A DNA stretch of 64,000 bases, from assembly GCA_015066085.1 (NCBI GenBank), contig SVPA01000008.1:448-64447 (forward strand). The letters run 5' to 3'. Below are positions 1-13,007 of the stretch, in pieces. Each line of letters begins with the position of its first letter. Positions within the stretch are counted from its first letter, which is position 1. Both the position numbers and the translations under genes were made by a program. The notes beneath the pieces are model-generated. The model ran no database searches. It was not told the origin of the DNA and was given only the letters and a program-made list of their open reading frames with translations. This DNA comes from Oscillospiraceae bacterium (GTDB taxonomy: Bacteria; Bacillota; Clostridia; Oscillospirales; Acutalibacteraceae).

Positions 1-828
1 GGTAATAAGAAAAAGTTCGCTTCGGGTGCTCGTATAATTCATATTGATATCGAACCTGCCGAACTCGGTAAAAACATTCCTGCTTATCTTGGAATAATTG
101 CCGACGTAAAAGATGCCGTTTCCCGTCTTATCGAGGCGGTAAAGGAGAAAAAGAATACCGAATGGCGAAACAAGGTAGAAGAATTTAAGGCTAAAAACGA
201 AAACCCGAATTTTGACCCTAATGATATGCGCCCTTTCCAGATAATCGACTGTGTAAATAAATACACAAAGGACGATACGGTTATTGTTACCGATGTCGGT
301 CAACATCAGATGTGGACCGCACAGAGATATAAGTTTAAAAAGCCCCGTACTTTTGTTACCTCGGGCGGTCTTGGAACAATGGGCTTTGGCCTTGGCGCCG
401 CAATCGGAGCCGCAACCGGAACCGAGAGAAAAACCGTACTGTTTACGGGTGACGGAAGTTTCGGTATGAATCTAAATGAACTTGCTACCGCCGTTTCCTT
501 TGATGTTCCGGTTATTATCGTTATTATGAATAACGGAGTTCTCGGAATGGTTCGTCAGTGGCAGAGTATTTTCTATCAGAAACATTATTCTAATACCACT
601 TTAGGCCGAAAGACCAACTTTAAAAAGTTAGCCGAAGCCTTTGGAGCCGACGGATACGAGTGCAATACAATGGAAGAGTTCGAAAAAGCCTTTTCTACCG
701 CTTTTGAAAAGGGAACCCCCGCCGTTATCGACTGTCATATCGATATGGACGAAATGGTTCTTCCTATGACCCCTCCCGGCGGAACAGTAGACCAAATGAT
801 TGTTAAAAAGAAAGATATTAACCTTTAA
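1..828 (+). CDS. ilvB: Acetolactate synthase large (catalytic) subunit, 3' part; the gene starts upstream of the window
   Basis: Frame 1 is open from nt 1 (GNKKKFASGARIIHIDIEP...) and runs into the listed 226..828 ORF. ThDP-binding C-terminal motifs GGLGTMGFGLGAAIGA and GDGSFGMN...NNG. The ACT small subunit follows 15 nt later. Confidence 0.9.
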   Translation, partial: GNKKKFASGARIIHIDIEPAELGKNIPAYLGIIADVKDAVSRLIEAVKEKKNTEWRNKVEEFKAKNENPNFDPNDMRPFQIIDCVNKYTKDDTVIVTDVGQHQMWTAQRYKFKKPRTFVTSGGLGTMGFGLGAAIGAATGTERKTVLFTGDGSFGMNLNELATAVSFDVPVIIVIMNNGVLGMVRQWQSIFYQKHYSNTTLGRKTNFKKLAEAFGADGYECNTMEEFEKAFSTAFEKGTPAVIDCHIDMDEMVLPMTPPGGTVDQMIVKKKDINL

Positions 829-843
829 GAAAGGAGAAAATAG

Positions 844-2429
<1,586 letters not shown>

Positions 2430-2543
2430 CTTAGTACTAAAAAATAGGGGAGGGGCTTTCTGCCCCTCCCACACAAGCAATTTAACGGAGATATAAAAAT
2501 TTTATATTTGCTTTAAATTTCTTGTATTTTCAGGAGGAAACTT

Positions 2544-4205
2544 ATGAAAAGCGATATTATGAAAAAAGGTCCCGAAAGAGCACCCCAACGTTCTCTTTTA
2601 AAGGCGGCCGGTTATTCCGATAACGAAATTAAAAAACCCCTTATCGGTATTGTAAATTCTTTTAACGAAATCGTTCCCGGTCATGTTCACTTACAGCGCA
2701 TTTCTCGCGCCGTTAAAGATGGTGTTTTGGCCGCTGGCGGAACTCCTATGGAATTTAATACTATTGCCGTTTGCGACGGCCTCGCTATGGGTCATGAAGG
2801 AATGAAATATTCTCTCGTTACCCGCGAAATTATTGCCGACAGCGTTGAATGTATGGCTAAAGCCCACGCGCTCGACGGTTTAGTGTTTATTCCTAACTGC
2901 GATAAAATCGTTCCCGGAATGGTAATGGCTGCTTGCCGCCTTAATATTCCTGCTATCTTCGTTTCGGGTGGTCCTATGCTTTCTACCTGTGAATTCGGTG
3001 GCAGAGCCATGGACTTAAACTCGGTTTTCGAAGCGGTAGGTGCTTATAAAAATGGTTCTATTGGCGAAGAAGAACTTTCCTTTGTAGAAGGTAATGCTTG
3101 TCCCGGTTGCGGTTCTTGCTCGGGTATGTTTACCGCAAACTCTATGAACTGCCTTTGCGAAGCGCTTGGTATCGCCCTTAAGGGTAACGGTACTATTCCT
3201 GCAGTTCACGGCGCTCGTCAACGTCTTGCTAAAGCCGCAGGCGAACAAATTATGACCTTAGTAGAAAAAGACATCAAACCTCTCGATATTATTACCGAAA
3301 AGGCTCTTCGTAACGCCCTTACTGTAGATATGGCTCTTGGTTGTTCTACCAATTCGGCTCTTCATCTTGCCGCTATTGCTCACGAAGCGCATATCGATTT
3401 CGACCTTCATATGATTAACGAAATCAGCGAAAAAACCCCCAACCTATGCCATCTTGCTCCCGCAGGTCATCATCATATGCAAGACCTCGAAGCCGCAGGC
3501 GGTGTTTATGCCGTAATGGGCGAACTAGACTTCGCGGGATATCTCGAAACCGACGCTTTAACAGTTACAGGTAAAACAGTTGCCGAAAACATTAAAGGTT
3601 GCCGCTCTAAAGACACTTCGGTTGCAAAAACTGTTGCCGAACCTTATTCCAAAACAGGTGGCCTTGCCGTTCTTTATGGTTCTCTTGCTCCCAACGGTTC
3701 TATCGTTAAGCGCAGTGCCGTTGCTCCCGAAATGCTAACCCACACCGGCCCCGCTCGAGTATTCGATAGCGAAGAAGAAGCAATTAAGGTTATTTACGAA
3801 GGCGGAATCAAACCCGGCGACGTTGTTGTAATTCGCTACGAAGGTCCTGCCGGCGGACCCGGTATGAGAGAAATGCTTTCTCCCACTTCGGCTATTGCGG
3901 GTATGGGTCTCGATAAAGAGGTTGCCCTTATTACCGACGGCCGTTTCTCGGGTGCTACTCGCGGTGCCGCTATTGGTCATACCTCTCCCGAAGCGGTAGA
4001 CGGCGGCCCTATTGCATACGTTAAAGATGGCGACACAATCACTATCGATATTCCGAGTTATTCTATCGAACTAAACGTTTCTTCCGAAGAACTCGAAAAA
4101 CGTAAAGCGGAAACTACCCTTAAGGTTAAAACAAACCTTACAGGTTACCTAAAAAAATATTCTAAACTCGTAAGTTCTGCCGACAAAGGCGCAATAATCG
4201 AATAG
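2544..4205 (+). CDS. ilvD: Dihydroxy-acid dehydratase
   Basis: ILVD/EDD motifs [32 protein letters not shown] and [15 protein letters not shown] caggagga. Confidence 0.95.
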   Translation: MKSDIMKKGPERAPQRSLLKAAGYSDNEIKKPLIGIVNSFNEIVPGHVHLQRISRAVKDGVLAAGGTPMEFNTIAVCDGLAMGHEGMKYSLVTREIIADSVECMAKAHALDGLVFIPNCDKIVPGMVMAACRLNIPAIFVSGGPMLSTCEFGGRAMDLNSVFEAVGAYKNGSIGEEELSFVEGNACPGCGSCSGMFTANSMNCLCEALGIALKGNGTIPAVHGARQRLAKAAGEQIMTLVEKDIKPLDIITEKALRNALTVDMALGCSTNSALHLAAIAHEAHIDFDLHMINEISEKTPNLCHLAPAGHHHMQDLEAAGGVYAVMGELDFAGYLETDALTVTGKTVAENIKGCRSKDTSVAKTVAEPYSKTGGLAVLYGSLAPNGSIVKRSAVAPEMLTHTGPARVFDSEEEAIKVIYEGGIKPGDVVVIRYEGPAGGPGMREMLSPTSAIAGMGLDKEVALITDGRFSGATRGAAIGHTSPEAVDGGPIAYVKDGDTITIDIPSYSIELNVSSEELEKRKAETTLKVKTNLTGYLKKYSKLVSSADKGAIIE

Positions 4206-4215
4206 GAGAGTAATA

Positions 4216-5715
4216 ATGAGCAGAATTAAAATTTTTGATACAACTCTGCGTGACGGCGAACAGTCGCCCGGTTGTAGTATGAACCTTGCCGAAAAGTTAC
4301 AGGTTGCAAGTCAACTTGAGCGTCTTGGCGTAGATATAATCGAAGCAGGTTTTGCAATTTCTTCCCCCGGCGATTTTGAATCGGTTAAAAGTATCGCAGA
4401 ACTCGTTAAAAATTGTAGCGTTGCTTCTCTTTCTCGCGCCCTCGAAAAAGATATCGACTGCGCTTGGGAAGCGGTTAAAAACGCTGCCGACCCTCGAATT
4501 CATACCTTTATCGCTACTTCTCCCGTTCATATGGAGTATAAACTTAAAATGTCTCCCGAACAGGTTATCGAGCGTACTGCCGCTATGGTAAAATACGCTT
4601 CTAAATATACCTCTAACATTGAATTTTCTTGCGAAGATGCAATGCGTAGCGACCCTGATTTCCTAGTTCGCGTTTGCGATGCCGCTATTAAAAACGGCGC
4701 AAAGGTACTTAACATTCCCGATACCGTTGGTTATACAACCCCCAACGAAATGCGCGCTATGATAGAATACCTTATTAAGAATGTTCCAAACTCCGATAAG
4801 GTAGAATTCTCGGTTCACTGTCATAACGATCTTGGTATGGCGGTTGCTAACGCTTTAGGCGGCGTTCTTGGTGGCGCTCTTCAAATTGAATGTACCGTAA
4901 ACGGTCTTGGCGAACGCGCTGGTAATACCTCGCTCGAAGAGGTTGTAATGGCTATGCATACCCGCCCCGACCTTTATGGCGAACTTCCCAGAATCGATAC
5001 TAAACAAATTTACAGAACAAGTAAACTTGTTTATAACATTATCGGTCAGTCGGCCGCTAATAATAAACCTATTGTTGGCGCTAACGCCTTTGCTCATGAA
5101 TCGGGTATTCATCAACACGGCGTTCTTGCTAATAAGTCTACCTACGAAATTATGACTCCCGAATCGGTTGGTATTCAAACCAACCAAATGGTTTTAGGTA
5201 AACATTCGGGCAAACACGCTTTCTCTGAAAGACTTAAAGAACTTGGTTACGAACTTAATGATGACCAAATTGTAGATGCGTTTACTCGCTTTAAAGAACT
5301 TTGCGATAAAAAGAAAACCGTTACCGACGGAGATATAGAAGCTCTGGTTTCTAATACCGAAGTTATCGACGGAAAGTATAAACTCGTTTCGTTCGACGTT
5401 AAAACTATGGGTAAGGTTGGCGTTTGTTCTTCTATCTGCCTTAAACACGAAGATGAATTCTTCGAACAAAAAAGCCTTGGTGACGGTGCTATCGACGCTC
5501 TCTATGCCGCTATCGATAAAATCGTTATGCCTCCCGAACACGTGCTCGATAAATTTAATATCAGCGCTGTTTCCGAAGGCCAAGATACTTTAGGCGAAGT
5601 TACTCTTAAACTTCAAAGTGGCGGTAAAACCTACTCTGGCAGAGGTCTTTCTACCGACATTATCGAAGCAGGTATTATGGCCTACTTAAATGCAATTAAC
5701 AAACTTATGCAGTAG
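4216..5715 (+). CDS. leuA: 2-isopropylmalate synthase
   Basis: IFDTTLRDGEQSPG, HCHNDLGMAVAN and HESGIHQHG motifs, with a C-terminal LeuA dimerisation/regulatory domain. Confidence 0.95.
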   Translation: MSRIKIFDTTLRDGEQSPGCSMNLAEKLQVASQLERLGVDIIEAGFAISSPGDFESVKSIAELVKNCSVASLSRALEKDIDCAWEAVKNAADPRIHTFIATSPVHMEYKLKMSPEQVIERTAAMVKYASKYTSNIEFSCEDAMRSDPDFLVRVCDAAIKNGAKVLNIPDTVGYTTPNEMRAMIEYLIKNVPNSDKVEFSVHCHNDLGMAVANALGGVLGGALQIECTVNGLGERAGNTSLEEVVMAMHTRPDLYGELPRIDTKQIYRTSKLVYNIIGQSAANNKPIVGANAFAHESGIHQHGVLANKSTYEIMTPESVGIQTNQMVLGKHSGKHAFSERLKELGYELNDDQIVDAFTRFKELCDKKKTVTDGDIEALVSNTEVIDGKYKLVSFDVKTMGKVGVCSSICLKHEDEFFEQKSLGDGAIDALYAAIDKIVMPPEHVLDKFNISAVSEGQDTLGEVTLKLQSGGKTYSGRGLSTDIIEAGIMAYLNAINKLMQ

Positions 5716-5747
5716 TTTTTAAACATTTTATCTAAAGGAGATTTCTT

Positions 5748-7010
5748 ATGGGAATGACAATGACCCAAAAGGTTTTAGCAGCCCACTGTGGAGCTCAAAG
5801 CATAGAAGCAGGGGAACTTATTCTCGTTAATTTAGACCTTGTGCTTGGTAACGATATTACTTCACCCGTTGCTATTTCCGAATATAATAAACTCGGAATA
5901 GACAAGGTTTTCGATAATAAAAAGGTAACAATGGTTATGGACCATTTTGCCCCCAATAAAGATATTAAAGCGGCTGAACAATGTAAAATGTGCCGTAATT
6001 TCTGTGGCGAACAGAATATTGAACATTTTTACGATGTTGGCCAAATGGGTATAGAACACGCCCTTCTTCCCGAAAAGGGTCTTGTCGTTTCGGGCGATGT
6101 TGTAATCGGTGCCGACTCTCATACTTGTACCTACGGAGCCCTCGGTGCTTTCTCAACCGGTGTCGGCTCTACCGATATGGCCTGCGGAATGGCAACAGGA
6201 AAAGCCTGGTTTAAGGTTCCTTCGGCTATTAAATTTACCCTTAAAGGAAAACTCAATAAATATGTTTCCGGTAAAGATGTAATTCTTCACATAATCGGTA
6301 TGATTGGAGTTGACGGTGCTCTTTATCGCTCTATGGAATTTACGGGCGAGGGCGTTTCTTCGCTTTCAATGGCTGATAGACTCTGTATGGCTAATATGGC
6401 TATTGAAGCAGGTGCTAAAAACGGAATTTTCGAAGTAGACGAAGAAACTCTAAAGTATGTTGCAGAACACTCTACCCGTAAACCTACCGTATTTAAGGCC
6501 GATGACGATGCCGTTTATGACCAAGAATACGTTATAGATTTAAGCGAAATTAAATCTACCGTTTCTTACCCCCATCTTCCCGAAAATACCCACCTTGCAG
6601 AAGAATCAGGAGATATCAAGATTGACCAGGTAGTTATCGGCTCTTGTACCAACGGCAGACTTGAAGATTTGGTTGCCGCTGCCGAAATTATGAAGGGTAA
6701 AAAGGTTGCCGAAAACGTACGCTGTATCGTTATTCCTGCTACCCAAAAGGTTTATCTCGATGCTATGGAAATGGGCCTACTTAAAATCTTTATCGAAGCA
6801 GGTGCGGCAGTTTCTACTCCTACTTGTGGTCCTTGTCTTGGTGGTCATATGGGAATTCTTGCCGCAGGCGAAAGAGCGGTTGCTACTACTAACCGTAACT
6901 TTGTTGGCAGAATGGGCCATATCGATTCTGAAATTTATCTTGCTTCTCCCGAAGTTGCGGCCGCTAGTGCCGTAACAGGCAGAATAACCGACCCTATGGA
7001 GGTAATGTAA
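5748..7010 (+). CDS. leuC: 3-isopropylmalate dehydratase large subunit
   Basis: Aconitase-family Fe-S ligand motifs [22 protein letters not shown] and CGPCLG. Confidence 0.95.
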   Translation: MGMTMTQKVLAAHCGAQSIEAGELILVNLDLVLGNDITSPVAISEYNKLGIDKVFDNKKVTMVMDHFAPNKDIKAAEQCKMCRNFCGEQNIEHFYDVGQMGIEHALLPEKGLVVSGDVVIGADSHTCTYGALGAFSTGVGSTDMACGMATGKAWFKVPSAIKFTLKGKLNKYVSGKDVILHIIGMIGVDGALYRSMEFTGEGVSSLSMADRLCMANMAIEAGAKNGIFEVDEETLKYVAEHSTRKPTVFKADDDAVYDQEYVIDLSEIKSTVSYPHLPENTHLAEESGDIKIDQVVIGSCTNGRLEDLVAAAEIMKGKKVAENVRCIVIPATQKVYLDAMEMGLLKIFIEAGAAVSTPTCGPCLGGHMGILAAGERAVATTNRNFVGRMGHIDSEIYLASPEVAAASAVTGRITDPMEVM

Positions 7011-7011
7011 T

Positions 7012-7506
7012 ATGAAATTTACAGGAAACGCTATTAAATACGGCGATAATGTAGATACCGATGTTATCATTCCCGCCCGTTATCTTAATACAATTGACAA
7101 AAAGGAACTCGCTTCTCATTGTATGGAAGACCTCGATAAAACCTTTGTAAATCGCGTTCAGGTTGGCGACATTATGGTTGCAGGTAATAACTTTGGTTGT
7201 GGTTCTTCTCGTGAACACGCTCCTATTGCTATTAAAGAAAGCGGAATTTCTCTTGTTATAGCTAATAGTTTTGCAAGAATTTTCTACAGAAACTCTATAA
7301 ATATCGGCCTTGCTATTTTAGAATGTCCCGAAGCTGTAGCCGGCATTAACGAAGGCGATAAGGTAGAAGCCGATCTCGATGGCGGTGCAATTTATAATCG
7401 TACTACGGGAAAAGAGTTTAAAACAAAACCTTTCCCCGAATTTGTACAAAAAATTATTACCGCAGGCGGACTTGTAGAATCTATAAAACAGGGAATAATT
7501 AAATAA
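7012..7506 (+). CDS. leuD: 3-isopropylmalate dehydratase small subunit
   Basis: [14 protein letters not shown] swivel-domain motif. The start lies 1 nt after the leuC stop. Confidence 0.95.
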   Translation: MKFTGNAIKYGDNVDTDVIIPARYLNTIDKKELASHCMEDLDKTFVNRVQVGDIMVAGNNFGCGSSREHAPIAIKESGISLVIANSFARIFYRNSINIGLAILECPEAVAGINEGDKVEADLDGGAIYNRTTGKEFKTKPFPEFVQKIITAGGLVESIKQGIIK

Positions 7507-7521
7507 GAAAGAAGAATTTTT

Positions 7522-8592
7522 GTGAATTATAATATTGCTCTTTTAAAAGGGGACGGAATTGGTCCCGAAATAGTTGAAAGCGCTGTAAAAGTGCTATATA
7601 AGGTTGGCGCAAAATATGGCCACACCTTCAACTTTACCGATTATCTTATCGGCGGTATCGCTATCGATACAGTTGGTGACGGTCTACCCAAAGAAACGGT
7701 TGACGGTTGCCTTGCTTCCGATAGCGTTATGCTTGGCGCAGTAGGCGGCCCTAAGTGGGACACTCTACCCGGCGATAAACGCCCCGAAAAGGCGCTGCTC
7801 GGTATTCGTAGCGCTATGGGCCTTTATACAAATCTTCGTCCCGCTAAACTTTACCCCGCTTTAAAAGACGCTTCGCCCCTTCGTACCGATATCGTAGAAA
7901 AAGGATTCGATATTATGATGGTTCGCGAACTTACCGGTGGTATCTACTTTGGCGAACGTGGTCGCCGCCAGGGTAAAAACGGAGAAGAAGCATACGACAC
8001 CGAAGCATATAGCGTTATGGAAATCGAACGTATTGCCAAGGTTGCCTTTGAAACCGCTATGAAAAGAGATAAAAGGGTAATTAGCGTAGATAAAGCAAAC
8101 GTGCTCGAATCTTCTCGCCTTTGGAGAGAAACCGTTCATAAAGTTGCTAAAGACTACCCCGAAGTAGAATGTACCGATATGCTTGTAGACAATACTGCAA
8201 TGCAAATTGTTAGAAATCCCGCCCAGTTCGACGTTGTGGTTACCTCTAACATCTTTGGCGACATTCTTTCCGACGAAGCGTCTCAAATTACGGGTTCTAT
8301 CGGAATGCTCGCTTCGGCTTCTCTTGGCGATACAACTCGCGGCCTTTACGAGCCTATTCACGGTTCTGCTCCCGATATTGCGGGTCAAAACAAGGCTAAC
8401 CCTATTGCTACAATTCTTTCGGCTGCTATGATGCTTCGTTACTCCTTCTCTCTTATGGAAGAGGCCGACTGCATCGAAGAAGCAGTAAACAAGGTTCTCG
8501 ATAAGGGTTATCGTACCGCAGACCTCGCAAAAAGCGGAGAAACTGCTCTTTCTTGTACCGAAATTACCGAAAAAATACTTAGTGAAATCTAA
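7522..8592 (+). CDS. leuB: 3-isopropylmalate dehydrogenase
   Basis: [27 protein letters not shown] and HGSAPDIAG motifs. GTG start. Confidence 0.95.
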   Translation: MNYNIALLKGDGIGPEIVESAVKVLYKVGAKYGHTFNFTDYLIGGIAIDTVGDGLPKETVDGCLASDSVMLGAVGGPKWDTLPGDKRPEKALLGIRSAMGLYTNLRPAKLYPALKDASPLRTDIVEKGFDIMMVRELTGGIYFGERGRRQGKNGEEAYDTEAYSVMEIERIAKVAFETAMKRDKRVISVDKANVLESSRLWRETVHKVAKDYPEVECTDMLVDNTAMQIVRNPAQFDVVVTSNIFGDILSDEASQITGSIGMLASASLGDTTRGLYEPIHGSAPDIAGQNKANPIATILSAAMMLRYSFSLMEEADCIEEAVNKVLDKGYRTADLAKSGETALSCTEITEKILSEI

Positions 8593-8649
8593 TAATATTT
8601 TGCTCTCTGGCAGCGTGCTGCCACCCAGCGTGTATGGAGGCTATATAAA

Positions 8650-9726
8650 ATGTTAGATATTAAAATTACAAGAACAACTACCCCTAAAGCAAAACCCGAA
8701 AAGGGCGCGCCACTTGGTTTTGGTAAAATCTTTACCGACCATATGTTTATAATGGACTATACCGAAGGAAAAGGTTGGCACGACCCTAGAATAGTGCCTT
8801 TCCAAAACCTTTCTATGTCTCCCGCTGCAATGGTTTTCCATTACGGCCAAGAAATGTTCGAAGGCCTTAAAGCCTATGTCGGAGCCGATAACAATATTTA
8901 TATGTTCCGCCCCGATATGAACGCAAAGCGCACCAACAAAACTAACGAACGCCTTTGTATTCCAAGTATTCCCGAAGAAGACTTTGTTCAGGCTATTAAA
9001 ACTGTTGTAGAAGTAGATAAAGACTGGGTTCCTACAGGCGTTGGCGAATCTTTATATATTCGTCCCTTTATAATTGCTACCGACGAATATTTAGGAGTAA
9101 AACCCTCCGACACCTATAAATTTATGGTTATCCTTTCTCCCTCGGGCGCTTACTATGCTAGCGGTATTAACCCCGTTGGTATTTGGATAGAAGACGAATA
9201 CGTTCGTGCCGTTAAGGGCGGAATGGGCTTTGCTAAAACTGGCGGCAACTACGCTTGTTCTCTTGCAGGTCAGGTTAAAGCTCATAACGACGGCTATTCT
9301 CAGGTTCTCTGGCTCGATGGTGTAGAAAGAAAGTATATCGAAGAAGTTGGCGCTATGAACATCTTCTTTAAAATCGACGGTAAATTTGTAACACCTATGC
9401 TTAACGGCTCGATTCTTCCAGGTGTTACCCGTGATTCGGTTATTACCCTTTGTAAATCTTGGGGGCTTACTGTTGAAGAACGCCGCCTTTCTATCGACGA
9501 GGTAGTAGAAGCCTATAATAACGGAAAACTCGAAGAAGTTTTCGGAACAGGTACTGCTGCCGTAATTTCTCCCGTAGGTAAACTCCGTATTAAAGATAAT
9601 GTTATGGTTATTAATAATAATCAAATCGGCGAGGTAAGCCAAAAAATCTATAATACCGTAACTGGCATTCAACTTGGAAAGGTTGAAGACAACTTTGGTT
9701 GGCGCTTCCTTGTTTGCAAGGCATAG
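8650..9726 (+). CDS. ilvE: Branched-chain amino acid aminotransferase (fold type IV)
   Basis: 358-aa class IV aminotransferase pattern (FEGLKAY, AKTGGNYA.SL, GTGTAAVISPV). It closes the ilv-leu operon. Confidence 0.9.
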   Translation: MLDIKITRTTTPKAKPEKGAPLGFGKIFTDHMFIMDYTEGKGWHDPRIVPFQNLSMSPAAMVFHYGQEMFEGLKAYVGADNNIYMFRPDMNAKRTNKTNERLCIPSIPEEDFVQAIKTVVEVDKDWVPTGVGESLYIRPFIIATDEYLGVKPSDTYKFMVILSPSGAYYASGINPVGIWIEDEYVRAVKGGMGFAKTGGNYACSLAGQVKAHNDGYSQVLWLDGVERKYIEEVGAMNIFFKIDGKFVTPMLNGSILPGVTRDSVITLCKSWGLTVEERRLSIDEVVEAYNNGKLEEVFGTGTAAVISPVGKLRIKDNVMVINNNQIGEVSQKIYNTVTGIQLGKVEDNFGWRFLVCKA

Positions 9727-9914
9727 TTTACTAAAAAGAAGTAAGCGGTTATGATGATGGTATGTTTATAGCGTGGCTCCCGGCGAAACTATTAAACTTT
9801 AATAAAGCCCCTGCTCCAAACAAAATTTTTGGGGCAGGGAATTGTTGCGTTTTATAGGTTTTATAAAAATATGCAATTTTTTATAAAAATCTGAATATTT
9901 CTTTAGCACACTAC

Positions 9915-9943
9915 TTGACTAAAGTGAAATAATGTGCTATACT
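9915..9943 (+). promoter_or_regulatory. Sigma-A type promoter of the his operon (TTGACT-17 nt-TATACT, with TGn extended -10)
   Basis: TTGACT at 9915-9920, a 17-nt spacer ending in TGc, and TATACT at 9938-9943. The hisZ ATG at 9977 follows aaaggaagg. The leader is therefore only about 27 nt. Confidence 0.6.
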
Positions 9944-9976
9944 CTATTTAAGAAGTAACCCGAAAGGAAGGCTGTT

Positions 9977-11086
9977 ATGCCCGAAAACACTATGCTCAGT
10001 TTTGAAGAAAAAATCTCTATAAAACTTATGGAACTTTTTGGCTCTTTTGGCTATAAAAAGTTTAAAATGAGCAAATTTGAAGAGTACGACCTTTATATTG
10101 AGAATAAAAGTTTCCTAAAAAGTGAAAATATTATCGCTTTTAACGACCCTACAGGTAAACTTTTAGCCCTAAAGCCCGACGTTACCCTTTCTATTGCTAA
10201 AAATACTGCCGATAACGAGTCTGAACCTCGTAAACTTTTCTATAGTGAAAATGTTTATCGCGTATCGGGTAATATGCACGAATTTAAAGAAATCGAGCAA
10301 ATCGGCCTAGAATACATAGGCGAGGTAGATATCTATTCGCTATGCGAAGTAATTACTCTGGCTAAACTCGCTCTTTCTACTATAAGCAGTTCTTATGTGC
10401 TCGACATTTCTCATATGGGCCTTGTAATCGGCCTTTTGGAAAGCACAGGCCTTTCTTACGACCTTCGCGAAAAAATTACCGAGTATATCGGAACCAAAAA
10501 CTCTCACGAAATCAGTCGTATCTGTGCCGAAAATAATGTATCTGCCAGTTTAACCGAAAAACTAACTACCCTGGCTTCGCTTTATGGTAGTATCGATAAA
10601 ATTATTCCCCTAGCCGAAAATTTGGTTGTAAACGATACTACTAAATCTGCCGTAAACGAACTTAAAGAACTTTGCAGCGTTTTAAAGGTTAGCGGTATGG
10701 CCGATAAAATTAATATCGACTTTTCGGTTGTAAGCGACATTAGTTACTATAACGGAATTACCTTTAGAGGTTATATCGAAAAAGTTCCCGGATGTATTCT
10801 TTCGGGCGGCCGCTACGATAATCTTCTTAAAAAACTCGGTAAAAATTCGGGCGCGGTAGGCTTTGCCGTTTATATGGACCTACTATCTAATTTAAATAAA
10901 GATACCGACCGTTTCGATGCTGACGTACTTTTAGTTTATTCTAAAAATACCCCTGCCGAAATCGTTATTAAGGCGGTAAATATCCTTAAAGAAGAGGGAA
11001 ACCGCGTTTTTGCGTCTACCGTTGTTTGTAAAAATATTAAGTATAAACGCCTTGTAAATATAGGCGAAATGAATTTGGAGGGCTAA
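9977..11086 (+). CDS. hisZ: ATP phosphoribosyltransferase regulatory subunit (HisRS paralogue)
   Basis: Class-II aaRS-like core without an anticodon-binding domain (369 aa). It sits immediately upstream of a short-form (210 aa) hisG, which is the known HisZ-dependent arrangement. Confidence 0.8.
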   Translation: MPENTMLSFEEKISIKLMELFGSFGYKKFKMSKFEEYDLYIENKSFLKSENIIAFNDPTGKLLALKPDVTLSIAKNTADNESEPRKLFYSENVYRVSGNMHEFKEIEQIGLEYIGEVDIYSLCEVITLAKLALSTISSSYVLDISHMGLVIGLLESTGLSYDLREKITEYIGTKNSHEISRICAENNVSASLTEKLTTLASLYGSIDKIIPLAENLVVNDTTKSAVNELKELCSVLKVSGMADKINIDFSVVSDISYYNGITFRGYIEKVPGCILSGGRYDNLLKKLGKNSGAVGFAVYMDLLSNLNKDTDRFDADVLLVYSKNTPAEIVIKAVNILKEEGNRVFASTVVCKNIKYKRLVNIGEMNLEG

Positions 11087-11089
11087 TCT

Positions 11090-11722
11090 ATGAGTAACTT
11101 TATAAATATTGCCCTTCCAAAGGGTCGCCTTGGCGAAAAGGTTTATAACCTTTTCGAAAAACTAGGCTATGGTTGCCCCGCGCTACTCGAAAATACCAGA
11201 AAACTCGTTTTCGAAGACGAGCAAAACGGCGTTCGCTACTTTTGGGTAAAACCAAGCGATGTTGCTATCTATGTTGAAACAGGGGTTGCCGATGTAGGGG
11301 TTGTTGGTAAAGATATTTTATTAGAACAAAACCCCGATGTTTACGAACTTTTAGACCTAGGTTTTGGCAAATGCCGTATGGCGGTAGCCGGTAAAAAAGG
11401 CGATATTTTACCGCTCGATAAAACTATTAAGGTTGCCACAAAATTCCCCAACATTGCAAAAAAACATTTTGCTTCTAAAAGCCGCGAAATCGATATTATT
11501 AAACTTAATGGCTCTATCGAACTTGCCCCGATTTTAGGAATGGCCGACGTTATTGTCGATATTGTTGAAACGGGAACAACCCTTAAAGAAAACGATTTAG
11601 ACGTTTACGAAGATATCGTAAATATTAGCGCTCGTTTTATATCGAACAAAACAAGTTTCCGCTTTAAAAACGAAAAAATTGAAGTTATGAAAAGCAGAAT
11701 TGAAAAGGAACTTTTAAAATGA
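11090..11722 (+). CDS. hisG: ATP phosphoribosyltransferase, short form
   Basis: LPKGRL...PSDV..YVE.G.ADVG..GKD and DIVETGTTLKEN motifs. At 210 aa it lacks the C-terminal regulatory domain. Confidence 0.93.
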   Translation: MSNFINIALPKGRLGEKVYNLFEKLGYGCPALLENTRKLVFEDEQNGVRYFWVKPSDVAIYVETGVADVGVVGKDILLEQNPDVYELLDLGFGKCRMAVAGKKGDILPLDKTIKVATKFPNIAKKHFASKSREIDIIKLNGSIELAPILGMADVIVDIVETGTTLKENDLDVYEDIVNISARFISNKTSFRFKNEKIEVMKSRIEKELLK

Positions 11723-12993
11723 TAAAAATTTATGATATAAATAAACTTTCTCTAGACGAAATCCTATCTCGTGAGTCTAGCGTTTCTGGGGTAGAAGATA
11801 TTGTTTCGGATATTATTAAAGATGTTAAGCAAAATGGCGACGCTGCCCTTTATAAATACTCTGAAAAGTTCGATAAGGCCAAACTTTCTTCTCTCGAAGT
11901 TACTAAAGAAGAAATCGAAGAAGCCCTTTCTTTAGTAGAACCTAAGTTTATCGAAATTATTAAAGAAGCGGCCGAAAATATTACCGCTTACCATAAAAAT
12001 CAACTTCAAAAAGGTTTTGAAATTAAAAAGGAAAACGGAGTAATTTTAGGCCAAAAGGTTCTCCCCGTTAAACGCGCGGGGCTTTATGTGCCAGGTGGTA
12101 CTGCGGCCTACCCCTCAACCGTTTTAATGGACTGTATCCCCGCTAAAATAGCTGGTGTCAAAGAACTTTGCATTACAACTCCGCCTATGCAAAACGGAAA
12201 GGTAAACCCCGTTATTTTAGCCGCCGCAAGTATTGCGGGAGCCGATAGAATTTTCAAAATCGGCGGCGCTCAAGCTATTGCCGCATTAGCCTTTGGCACT
12301 GAAACTGTTCCTAAGGTAGATAAAATTGTAGGCCCCGGTAATGTGTTTGTTGCCGAAGCAAAACGCCAGGTTTACGGTACTGTTTCTATCGATATGATAG
12401 CAGGTCCAAGCGAAATTTTAGTTATTGCAGACCAGTCTTGCAACCCTGCTTTCGTTGCGGCCGACCTTCTTTCTCAAGCCGAACACGATAAACTCGCTTC
12501 TGCCGTTTTAGTTACTAACAGCGAAAGCCTTGCAAATAGCGTTCAAGCCGAAATCGAGCGTCAGGTTGCCCTTCTTCCTCGTGAAGAAATCGCCCGTACC
12601 TCTATCGATAATAACGGTAAAATTATTATTGTAGATTCTATCGAAAAAGCAATAGAAATCAGTAACGAAATTGCCCCCGAACATTTAGAAGTTTGCGTAG
12701 ATAACCCCTTTGATTATCTCGATAAAATCGAAAATGCGGGTTCTATTTTCCTCGGTAAAATGTGCCCCGAAGCGCTTGGCGATTATTTTTCGGGCACTAA
12801 TCATACTTTACCTACAAGCGGTACTGCAAGGTTTGCAAGTCCCTTATCGGTAGACGATTTTGTTAAAAAATCTGCCTATAGTTACTATACCCCCTCGGCT
12901 CTAGAAGAGGTGGCAGACAAGGTTGCCTTCTTTGCCGAAAAAGAAGGCCTTTCGGCACACGCAAGAAGTGCTACAATTCGTTTTGAAAAATAA
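11719..12993 (+). CDS. hisD: Histidinol dehydrogenase
   Basis: IDMIAGPSEILVIAD, SQAEHD and HLE.......GSIFLG motifs. 4-nt overlap with hisG. Confidence 0.95.
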   Translation: MIKIYDINKLSLDEILSRESSVSGVEDIVSDIIKDVKQNGDAALYKYSEKFDKAKLSSLEVTKEEIEEALSLVEPKFIEIIKEAAENITAYHKNQLQKGFEIKKENGVILGQKVLPVKRAGLYVPGGTAAYPSTVLMDCIPAKIAGVKELCITTPPMQNGKVNPVILAAASIAGADRIFKIGGAQAIAALAFGTETVPKVDKIVGPGNVFVAEAKRQVYGTVSIDMIAGPSEILVIADQSCNPAFVAADLLSQAEHDKLASAVLVTNSESLANSVQAEIERQVALLPREEIARTSIDNNGKIIIVDSIEKAIEISNEIAPEHLEVCVDNPFDYLDKIENAGSIFLGKMCPEALGDYFSGTNHTLPTSGTARFASPLSVDDFVKKSAYSYYTPSALEEVADKVAFFAEKEGLSAHARSATIRFEK

Positions 12994-13007
12994 AAGAGGT
13001 TTTAAAT

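Noticed and set aside
9727-9976. T-box riboswitch or His-codon leader peptide upstream of the his operon
   Set aside because: The only good promoter (9915-9943) leaves a leader of about 27 nt. The mini-ORF ATGATGATGGTATGTTTATAG (around 9750) contains no His codons, and no specifier or T-box-like sequence was visible. The hairpin near 9807-9839 is weak, with a 5-6 bp stem and a 19-nt loop.
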